This document shows, in pieces, positions 1-12,000 of a DNA stretch of 64,000 nucleotides (position 1 is its first letter; the number at the start of each line of letters is the position of its first letter). The notes under the pieces were generated by a model. The model made no database searches. It saw only the letters and a list, made by a program, of their open reading frames with translations, and had not been told where the DNA came from. The translations under genes were made by a program, and so were the position numbers. The stretch is from Endomicrobiales bacterium (GTDB lineage Bacteria; Elusimicrobiota; Endomicrobiia; Endomicrobiales; JALOBY01), in contig CAWCNJ010000006.1 in the NCBI GenBank assembly GCA_963796955.1, forward strand, positions 127,111 through 191,110, given 5' to 3'.

Positions 1-1
1 T

Positions 2-3000
2 CTGGATCTGGCGATAGCTGCCGGCACATTCAGGATAGATACAAACAAAGGCGACGGCACTTTTAACGCTACTCCAGTTATGCCTGAAGGCAGCGGCGGT
101 TACCAACGTGCCGCTACCAATGGTTATATGGCAAGCCTTGCCTGGGGCGACCTTAACAATGACGGTAAGCCTGACTTGGTAATGAACGGCGCGACTATTG
201 GCGGCACAAACACCTCACGCACATACACTAACAACGGGAACGGCACATTTACCGCGGCTGATATTTCTCCGGGTTGGGGTGTTAATGGCGCTGTGGCCAT
301 CGGAGATATTGACAACGACGGCGACGAAGATATTATTGCAGAGGGCACTCAGGCTTCTAACAGCGCAATATACTTGCGTGCCTTCCGTAACAGAAACAAC
401 GATATGGGCAATGTTAACGTTGCACCCAGCGCCCCAAGCGGTATGTTGTCGCAGGTTTCGTATTCTGTAACATCATCCACCATAATTATCACCTGGCCGC
501 CATCTCAATACGACAGCGGCATGTCTTCCTGCTCGCTTTCTTATCAGGTAGCTGTTGCCACGATGTCTATGACGCTGGCCTCGAACCAGACGTTGATACA
601 ATCCCCCACATCATTCATGACCCCATGGGCCAGTGAAGGCGACAGCTACGGCACATTCAACCGCCCGCCGGTAAAGGTGTGGGGAACAGATGTTACGCCT
701 AAACATGGCTACCAGCTGAACTTAAGCACCAACTCAATAAAAGCCAACACCACCTATTATTACCGCGTGCAGACAATAGACAGCAGCCTTGCAAGAAGCA
801 ACTGGTCAACGGAATTTACGTATTTCACGGGCACACCGCCCTCTGGCGTAACAGACCTGTATGCAACCGCCGGCGGAATCGGCACTGGTGCCGTAATGCT
901 AACATGGACGGCCCCCGGCGATGCCGGCCAAATTGGTAACCTAGCCACTGGCTCAGCGTTCAAGATCGAGTATTCATCGGTTGGCATTATCAATTCCAGC
1001 ACGTTTACTTCGCCGCCGGCGAGCCTTGCCGTTAAGAGCATTACTATATCCACTAACACCACCGCCATGAGCCCGCAAAGCTACAACGTTACGGGACTTA
1101 TCGGCAGTACCACCTATTGGTTCACCCTGGAAACAGAAAACGCCGAGGGCGTGTGGTCTGTCTGGCAGTCATCGGCAGATGTCGCCGCCTACAACGACTT
1201 TGCCTGGGCTTATACAAATTATGTAAATCTCGCCCCGAATGCGCCGTTCAACCTTGCGCAGATAGACGGCAGCCTCGGCAATATCTCGTCGTTTACGTGG
1301 ACGAATTCCGGCAACATTGTTTCGTCGTTTACTATAACCGACCCCAATGTTGGCGATCAGGTGCGGTTTGATATTCAGATCACCTCGGTAACAACAAATG
1401 AAGCCGCCGATTGGACGAGATTGTTCGTTAGCACTCGTTCAGCGCTGATGAACCAGGGAACCACAACCTACACCTGGCCAACGCTCAATCCCAACGCCTT
1501 CTACTGGTGGCGCGTCTGGGCGGAAGATAGTTTTGGCTTAACGTCGGCTACATCTGCCGCGCTTGGTGTTATTGGCAGCACGGGCCCTGCGGTAGTTGCA
1601 TACAAAACGCCGTTTAATGCGGCTTACCTAGAGCCTACTCCCGGCTGGGGATTTGGGTGGTGGACAGCACTTGCCTGGGGCGACTTGAATGGCGATGGTT
1701 ACCAAGACCTTGCAGTGATCGGTACGGATGTTAGTTATACACGCACTCTGAGAGTGTATTTAAACAATGGCGATGGCACCGGATCCATGAATCCATCTTA
1801 CATAGTACCCGAGGCTGGTGTTGGCTTGGCCCTGGGAGATTTAGCGTGGGGTGATTTTAATAATGATGGAAATATGGACCTTGCGGTTACCGGATTTAAC
1901 GGCAGTGACCCCGGCCTGCTAAGAGTTTATGTTAACAACGGCTCCGGTGGCTTTAGTGCCAGCCACGTTGATCCCATCCCTGGCTGGGGCAGATACGGGA
2001 GCGCTGTTGCCTGGGGCGACTATGATAATGACGGCAACCTTGACCTGGCGATGATGGGTTCCGACGGCGGCCCTGTCAGCGACGGTGTATTTAGAATATT
2101 CCGCAACAAAGGCGATGGAACATTTGACCCTAACTTTATTGAGCCGCAAACAGGCTGGGGTATGTCAAGTGGCCGTATGTGCTGGGCAGATTACAACAAC
2201 GACGGCGATCTGGATATATCTTTATGCGGCAATAACACAAGCGGTGCGACTGAGGTGCGTGTATATAGAAACAATGGCAATGGCACATTTAACCCGACGC
2301 CAGCCTTTGTAAAGAGCGGTATTGGTGACATAGCCTGGGGCGATTACAGTAATGGCGGTTTCCTGGACATGTGTGTTTATGATATGGCCGCTGGCATACA
2401 GATTTATTCAAACACTGGTAGCGGTTCTCTTAGCGGAACACCAACAAATATCTGTTCCGACGGCGGCGGCATGTGGAGCATAAAGCTAGCTGCTGCTGAT
2501 TATGATAACGACGGCAACATTGATGTGGCGGCTTCAGGGCAAATTGGCAGCCTTAACATGGGCAACGTAAGATTCCTTCATAACAACGGAAATTCCACAT
2601 TCTCAGGTTCACGTTCAACGCCCCTGCCTGGTTTGGGAATTAACGGTACTCTCGCGCTATCAGATAATAATAACGACGGCGATGTTGATATAGCCGCAGC
2701 CGGTGTAAGTCAAGCCGGCGACAGATGTTTCCTTGGCATTTTCCAAAACATGGAAGCCCAGATGGGCAATGCCAATACACCGCCCATGCCGCCCTCTGCC
2801 AGCATAAACTTTAATTACAGCGGCTTTGCAACGCAGAAGAGTACCTTCACCATAACCTGGCAGCCAAGCCAGTACGATGTGGGCCACTCGTCTAACTCTA
2901 TTTACTTTAATGTTGAAGCCTCCACATTCCCGACGACACTTGGCAGCGGCGACAAACGCATAGCCACCACCGGCCGTTTTGCACAATCCTGGAACTTCGG

Positions 3001-6000
3001 CAGCCCCAACCTTGGCAGCTTCATACGCCCGGCTATCTCCACCAGCTGGGCCGGCGCAACAGGCACAAGCATTGTGGGCTATACTTTCGCGCCCTCAACC
3101 AGCGCGTTCGTATATAACACCACATACTATTTCCGAATTCAGACAATTGATTCCGGCTTAATGCGCAGCACCTGGTCTGCCGAATGTAAATGCCAATCCG
3201 CCGTGCCGCCAGCCGTTGTAACAGACCTTTATGCTACCGCCGGCGGCATAGGTTCTGGCGCGGTAATGCTTACCTGGACAGCCCCCGGCGATGCCGGACA
3301 GACCGGAAACCTTACAGCAGGCTCGGCGTTTAAGATAGAATACTCCACTGTTGGCATTATCAATTCAAGCACATTCACTTCGCCGCCGGCAAATCTTGCG
3401 GTGAAGACGGTAACGATCTCAACCAACACCACCGCCATGAGCCTGCAAAGCTACAACATAACGGGCCTAATTGGCAGCACCACCTACTGGTTCGCCTTGG
3501 AAACTGAAAATGCCGAGGGTGGCTGGTCCATCTGGCAATCATCAGCCGATGTTGCCGCCTACAACCTGTACGCCAGCACCTGCACGGCGTTTATACCGCC
3601 CGCCATGATATATCGTTCCGTTGGGCCCGGCAGCACAACTGCATTAGTTACGGGCGCGGGAAATGGGCTTGTTATTTCCGGCAGTACCGCGACATTCGAT
3701 AGCGGCCTTCCAAATAAAGTAGGCGTAGGTGATGCCATACAGTACGATGCTAACAACGATGGTACTGTTGATGCTATTCTCTTTATTTCAAGCAGAACGT
3801 CGGCGACAAGTTATACTGTGCAAAGCGCTGATGGCAAAACTGCACCAACTGCTACATCGGTAAAAACCAACACCTGGTCGGTATTTAGATCGTACACATC
3901 TTTGCATAATGTGCTTCAGTCACTGACGGTAAACAGCGGCATTAGCGGCCTGGTAAGCGGTAGCGTTAACCCGGGCATAAACCTGGTGTCAAATAATGTG
4001 CAGCTGAATATCGCCTGTTACGGTGATGCGGCCGACACCACCAAGGTAGCTTTTAGCGGAATGTGGGTAACAAGCCCATCGAATAAGATCAGGATATTTA
4101 CACCAGTTTCCAGCGGCGAGGCCGGCGTCAGTCAGCGCCATACAGGTATATGGGATACGGGCAAATATTACATTGAGAGTGGCAATGGGCATATCCTCTT
4201 GTTAGAAGTTAACTATATAGTAGTTGATGGTTTGCAAGTACATCTTAACTCAACTAGCAGTTCCGATACACGAGCAATAGGAATGAGTACACCCGCAGGC
4301 GCTTGCGATATCACTGTTGAGAACTGTATAGTAAGAGGTTCTACGAGTACCAGTAATACATATGACTACTTCGGTGGCATTGTTGATGGAGGCGGAAGCG
4401 GAACTGGCGTGATAAAGATAGTAAACAATATAGTATATGATTTCGCTGCGGGTGGCGGGGGGATTACTCACGTTGGCATTGCAGGGGTTGATGGCGGTGT
4501 CTGGTACTACGTTTATAATAATACGGTATATAATTGTAAGGATGGTTTATTTTTTGGCGGTAACGACACTCTTAAAAATAACATCTCGTATGGAAACTCA
4601 GAGTCAAATTACAACAATGCCGGTGTTGGCAATAATAATAACCTTTCCGGCCCTACGCTGGCGGATGCACCAGGTACAAACCCCCTTAACAGCGCTCCCG
4701 TGCAATTTGTTGATGCCAACCGCTACGACTTGCGCCTTAGTGTAAGCGAAAGCTCCGCTACCGATAAGGGCGCTAACCTTTCGTCCGACGCCAATTTGCC
4801 ATTCTCCACCGATGTTCTCGGCAACGCCCGCCCATACGGCGCGGCATGGGACGTTGGCGCATTTGAAAATTATCAAAATGTTCTCGGCGTGCCGCAGACT
4901 CTTACGGTTACCAATGTATATTATAGTTCTGTAACAGTTACATGGAACCTTATCAACGGCGCGACAGGCTATACGCTGATCGCCTCTACATCGTCCAATA
5001 TTCCGGTTACCGTATCCGCTTCAACCACCACGACCGGTGTAAATGCAACATCCGCGACGGTATACTCTCCCGCATTAAGCCTAGCAACCACCTATTATTT
5101 CTTCGTTCAGTCCACCGGCAACGCACTCGCAAGCGCCTGGTCGCTGCCGGTCTCAACAGTAACCTTGTCTGGCGACATCACACCGCCAGCCGCGATAACC
5201 AATCTTGCGGCAGTCACCGGTTTTGGCCCCGGCACCATTAACCTTTCCTGGACCTCACCCGGTGATGACGGCATAACTGGCAATATTACCGGCGGCGCGT
5301 ATAAGATACGTTACTCCACCTATACCCCAACATCGTGGAATGATGCCGATACCAGCTGGGCTGACTACGTCAATAAATATCAGATAACGATAGCCACAAA
5401 TTCTGTTCCAGGTGTAACGCAGTCTTATCCGCTTACCGGACTTACCGCTGGCGTAACCTATTACATTCGCGCCTGGACGCGTGACGAAGTGGGCGTAGAC
5501 AGCACCAGCTGGAACGGCAACTGGTCGGCGCTGTCAAACGGCGCCACAAGCTGGGCGCAGATGGATACGGCGCCAAACACCCCAATCAACCTTGTGCAGA
5601 TAGACGGCACGCTGGGCAATATCTCTTCATTTACGTGGACAAACTCCGGCGTAATAACGTCGTCGTTCACACTGAGCGACCCAGATAGCGGCCAGCAGAT
5701 TAAATATCATATCCAAATAACCACTGTTTCCAGCAACGGTCTTGCCACGTGGACCAGCGGCTATTTCCTGAATTATACCTCGCCGTTATTGAATCAGGGC
5801 ACAACCACTTACACCTGGCCCGCGATGACAGCCGGGAACTTCTACTGGTGGCGCGTCTGGGCGGAAGACAGTTATGGTTTAACATCTGCGACAACAACTG
5901 CCTTGATGAGCGGCGGTCCGGCAGTCTTTGCTTACAAAACCGCGTATGACGCAAAATATATAGAGGTTAACCCGGGCTGGGGAGTTGGGGGCAACGCCCA

Positions 6001-9000
6001 TGGATCTTCAATTAAGTGGGGCGATATAGAAAATGACGGTTACCAGGATCTGATGGTGGCGGGCGAAAATCAGATTGGAGGCGAAGAGTTCTGCATTTAT
6101 GATAACGCCAAAAATGGTTCCTTTAATGCTTCACCAATACATCCTAAACCGGGTTTCGGGGTGTCATGGTCGCCTTCCTGCGCTTGGGGCGACGTTAACA
6201 ACGACGGCATTCAGGATGTGGCGGTTATAGGCGCCTCCGCTGATGATGTTTCTGGTTATACATTCAGGGTCTTTGCGAGCAATGGGAACGGCACGTTTGG
6301 CGCCGCCCAGGAGCCTACTGCCAACTGGGGCGAAGAAAATGCGGGCATAGCTTTGGGTGATTTTGACAACGATGGCTGCCTTGATGTTGTTGTTAGCGGC
6401 GCGGACGATGCTAAGGTGTCGGCCAATTTTAGAATTTATCGCAATAACGGCGACGGCACTTTCGGCCCTAACTTTATAAGGCCGGATATACCGCTTGAAA
6501 GCTCGGGTGATGAAAACGGCGGCGGCGACACATTGGCGTGCGGCGACTACAATAATGACGGTCTTATGGATATAGCGATTTCCTGGCCGACAGGCCTTGT
6601 ACGAGTCTATAAAAACAATGGCGATCTTTCATTTGCCCATTTGACCAATGATATTTGTTCGTTCTTTGATTCCAATATTGCCTGGGGGGATTACAACAAT
6701 GATGGATACCTTGACCTGTTTGTAGCAGGCCATGGTTTTACCGGCGTATTTCACAATAAAGGCGATGGCACGTTCGACTCTTCCGTAAATATTGCCGGTA
6801 ATAATACTTTTACAGGAATTTCAGGCCAGGCGCCACTGTCACTTTGTGTCGGAGATTATGACAACGATGGCAATCTAGACCTTGCCGCCGCCGGCCTTGA
6901 CTATGCTGCCGGTACTGCGCGGAAATTGTATTTGTTCCACAACAACGGCCATGGCGCGTTTGACAGCGGCCCCGTTGAGACGATGCCTGGCTGGGGTGTT
7001 GTAGATTGTTCGCTTGCCTTCGCGGATTACAACAACGATGGCGGCCTTGACCTGGCTGTTTCCGGGGCAGACAACAATAATATAGCCCGCTGCTGCGTCT
7101 TTAATAACATGGAAGCCCAGATGGGCAATGCCAATACGCCGCCCATGCCGCCCTCTGCCAGCATAAACTTTAATTACAGCGGCTTTGCAACGCAGAAGAG
7201 TACCTTCACCATAACCTGGCAGCCAAGCCAGTACGATGTGGGCCACTCGTCTAACTCTATTTACTTTAATGTTGAAGCCTCCACATTCCCGACGACACTT
7301 GGCAGCGGCGACAAACGCATAGCCACCACCGGCCGTTTTGCACAACCCTGGAACTTCGGCAGCCCCAACCTTGGCAGCTTCATACGCCCGGCTATCTCCA
7401 CCAGCTGGGCCAGCGCGCCCGGCACCTCAATGGTCGGTTATACGTTTGCGCCCTCCACCAGCGCCTTCTTGATGAACACAACATGTTATTTCCGTATTCA
7501 GACGATAGATTCCGGCCTTGCGCGCAGTACCTGGTCAACGGAGAGTTCGGTGTATGTGTGTGGTTCTCCTACGGTGCCTGTGCTTGTTTCGCCGTTAGAC
7601 AATTATGCTACAAACCAAATGACCGTTACATTCAATTGGGCTGACTCAACGGACACGATCTCAAATTCCAATTACACACTCAGGCTATCATCGTCTCCCG
7701 ATTTCTCAGGAGTAACCTATTCATCTAATACCGTAAATATGTATGCCTCAATGGCCTTGACTACCAGTAAATGGTATTGGAGCGTTCGGGCGGGTAACCC
7801 GGTGGGCGCCTACAGCGCGTGGTCGTCAACGTGGTCGGTGGTGGTAGACACCCTAGCGCCGAGCGTGCCGATACTAACATCGCCACTAGATAATTTCACA
7901 ACCAACCAGATGGTGCTGACATTTGGCTGGAGCAGCGCGACCGATAACCTGACCGGTGTGAATGATTACACGCTGAGGCTTTCTACTGCGCCGGATTTCA
8001 CGGGCGTAACGTATTCATCGATAACAGCGAACATTGTAGCCCAAATGTCGCTGACAACTGGCCATTGGTTCTGGGCAGTGCGTTCATTAGATAACGTAGG
8101 AAATTATTCAGCCTGGGCCTCGACATACACGCTGATTGTTGACACAACACCGCCGACGGTGCCTATCCTTACCGGCCCTCTGGACGGCTCAACGACCAAT
8201 CAGACGGTGTTGACGTTCAACTGGGGCATATCCACGGATGACATAACAGGCCTGGCTAACTACACGCTTACCTTATCAACAGCAGCTGATTTCAGTGGGG
8301 TAATATATTCGTCAATTACGACGAACACATCAGCCGCGATGACTATCCAGAGCTCCGATAAATGGTATTGGACGGTGCGTTCAGTCGATAATGCTGTAAA
8401 TTATTCAGCATGGGCGAGCACGTGGTCGGTGGTCGTTGATACGCATGCTCCGACGGTACCGATACTTATAACGCCGCTTGATAACTTCACAACGAACCAA
8501 ATGACGCCTGCATTCGCCTGGCAAGGTTCAACGGATACGCTTTCAGGCATAGCGAATTATACGTTGCGCTTGTCGACCGCGCCAGATTTTAGCGGTACTA
8601 TATACAGCTCAACAACAGCCAACACCCTTGCCAGCAGGGCGTTAGTTTCGTGCCGGTGGTACTGGTCGGTTCGAGCCGCAAACAATTCCGGCAACTACAG
8701 CGCCTGGTCGTCAACGTGGTCGGTGGTCATAGATACCGTATCCTCAAGCATACCGGTACTAACGGCGCCGTTAGATAACTATACTACGAACCAAATGACG
8801 CTGACGTTTAACTGGAATATATCGATGGACAATCTGTCCGGCGTGAACGGCTATACGCTGCAGCTTTCAACGGCTCCCGATTTCACCGGCGTGACGTATT
8901 CGTCGATAACAGCGAACAATTCAGCCGTAATGGCGTTGACAACGAACAAATGGTATTGGACGGTGCGTTCGCAAGACAATGCGGCGAACTATTCAGCGTG

Positions 9001-12000
9001 GGCTTCAACGTGGTCGGTGGTCGTGGACACGATAGCGCCGACAATGCCGATACTAACGACGCCGCTGGACAACTTCACCACGAACCAGATGACACTGGCG
9101 TTTAACTGGGGAAGCGCGACGGACAACCTTTCCGGTGTGTCCGGCTATACGCTGAGGTTGTCGACAGCAGCCGATTTCAGTGGGGTGATAATGTTGTCGG
9201 TAACCGATAACACCGCTGCCACAATGAACCTGACTTCTAACAAATGGTACTGGACGGTCCGTTCAGGCGACAACGCGGGCAACTACAGCACGTGGGCATC
9301 CACGTATTCTCTGGTGGTGGACACGGTAGCATCAACCGTGCCGCTGCTGCTTTCGCCGTTGGATAACTTTGCGACGAACCAAATGACGCTGTCGTTCAGC
9401 TGGAGCAGCGCAACGGACAATTTAACGGGTGTGAATGATTATACGGTGCAGTTGTCTACAGCGGCGGATTTCACCGGTGTAACCTATTCTTCAATCACAG
9501 CGAACACGGCAGCTCAAATGGCGCTGACCTCCGACCGGTGGTACTGGACAGTACGCTCACTGGACAACGCGGCCAACTATTCAGCCTGGGCCTCGACATG
9601 GTCGCTGGTAATAGACACAACACCGCCAACGGTGCCTATCCTTACCAACCCGCTGGATGGTTCGACAACCAACCAGACGGTTTTAACGTTTAACTGGGGT
9701 GCCTCGACGGATGACATAACAGGCCTTGCCGGCTACACCCTGCGGTTATCAACAGCGCCTGATTTCAGTGGGGTGATATATTCGTCAGTTACCGGAAACA
9801 CCGCAGCAAGAATGACTATTCAGAGCTCCGACAAATGGTATTGGTCGGTGCGGTCAGTTGATAATGCTGAGAACTATTCAGCGTGGACGAGCACGTGGTC
9901 GGTGGTGGTAGACACGCGTGCGCCGACCGTGCCGCTGCTGCTTTCACCATTGGACAACTTCACCACAAACCAGATGACACTGGCGTTCAATTGGCAGGGC
10001 TCAACGGACACGGTTTCAGGTATTACGAACTATACGCTGCGGTTATCGACGGCCCCCGACTTCAGTGGTACGACGTATAGCTCAACAACGGCCATCACCG
10101 CAGCCATCATGAACTTAACGACTAACAAATGGTACTGGTCGGTACGCGCCTTAAATAATTCGGGCAACTATTCCAACTGGTCGTCAACATGGGCGGTGAT
10201 TATGGATACTGTAGTGCCGAGCGTGCCGATATTGACCTCGCCGCTGAATAATTTCACAACGAACCAAATGACGCTGGCGTTCAACTGGAACAGCGCGACC
10301 GACAATCTGACAGGTGTGAACGATTACACACTGCGGCTTTCTACCGCGCCAGATTTCACTGGTGTAACATATTCATCAATAACAGCGAACACCGCAGCCC
10401 AGATGGCAATGACCTCCGGCCGGTGGTACTGGACGGTGCGTTCGCTGGATAACGCGGCTAACTACAGCGCCTGGGCATCTACGTATACGCTGGTGGTGGA
10501 CACAACACCTCCGACGGTGCCGGCCCTCACTGGCCCTCTGGATGGCTCAACGACCAACCAGACTATGGTAACATTCGGCTGGAATTCTTCAACAGATGAC
10601 TTAACCGGTGTGGCATGCTATACCTTGCGATTCTCGACAGCGCCTGACTTTAGCGGGGCGATATATTCATCAGCCACGACAAATACTATTGCTGCAATGA
10701 CAATACCTGCTTGTGCAAAGTGGTACTGGACAGTGCGTTCCAGTGACAATGCCGGGAATTATTCGGCGTGGGCTAGTACGTGGACGGTACTCGTCGATAC
10801 ACGTGCCCCGACCGTGCCGCTGCTGCTGTCGCCGCTGGACAATTACACCACGAACCAGATGGCGCTGACGTTCAGCTGGCAGGGCTCAACGGATACGCTT
10901 TCGGGTGTTGCGGATTATACGCTGCGAATATCTACCGCGCTGGATTTTAGCGGTACAGTATACAGTTCAACAACGGGCAATACTCTGGCCGGCATGACAC
11001 AGGTTTCAAACAAATGGTATTGGTCGGTGCGTGCCGCAAACAATTCCGGTAACTACAGCGCCTGGTCGTCAACGTGGTCGGTAGTGATCGATTCCACGCC
11101 ATCAAGCGTACCGGTGCTGACGGCGCCGTTGGATAATTATACAACGAATCAAATAACGCTGGCGTTCAGCTGGAACAGTGCGACCGACAATATATCCGGC
11201 GTGTCCGGTTATACGCTACGGTTATCTACTGCCTCAGATCTCAGCGGGGTGGTGTATTCATCGGTGACGGCAAACAATGCGGCTGTCATGATGTTGTCGA
11301 CGAACAGATGGTACTGGACGGTGCGCTCGGTGGACAATGCAGCGAACTATTCTGCCTGGGCGTCAACGTGGTCGGTGATCATTGACACCGTTGTGCCTAA
11401 CGCGCTGAACGACCTTGCAGCCGCCCCGGGTTTTGCGCTGGGCAGCATAGCTCTGCACTGGACTTCGCCGGGTGATGACGGCCCAAGCGGCGCTATTATC
11501 GGTGGTTACTACAAAGTGCGGTATTCTACGTATACCACCGCCTCGGGAGCTTTCTGGACGGATGCGGCGGCGAACTGGGTGGACCCGGTCAACAAATATC
11601 AGATAACGATCGCAACTAATACGAATGTCGGCGATACACAATCGTACACCTTGAGCGGTTTAACGCAGGGCGTTACCTATTATATTCGTGCCTGGACGCG
11701 AGACGAAGTTGGCGTTGACAGCACGACTTGGACCGGCAATTGGTCGGCGTTGTCGAACGGGGCGACATGCTGGGCGGCCTGCGTGGGGATACCGCAGAAT
11801 TTAACGGTGAGCAGGGTGTACCAGAGTTCCATAGCGGTTACCTGGGATATGATAGCCAACGCGACCGGATATACGCTGGCAGCATCGACGTCGCCTAACA
11901 ATCCTGTTACTGTCTACGCCTCCACAACCACACTGGGTGTTAATGCGATCAGCGCAATTGTTCTGAACCCCGCGTTACAGCCGGCAACGACGTATTACCT

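Noticed and set aside
7568..11396. Regularly spaced repeats considered as a CRISPR array
   Set aside because: The period is ~295 bp, the units are in-frame, degenerate and protein-coding, and there are no cas genes
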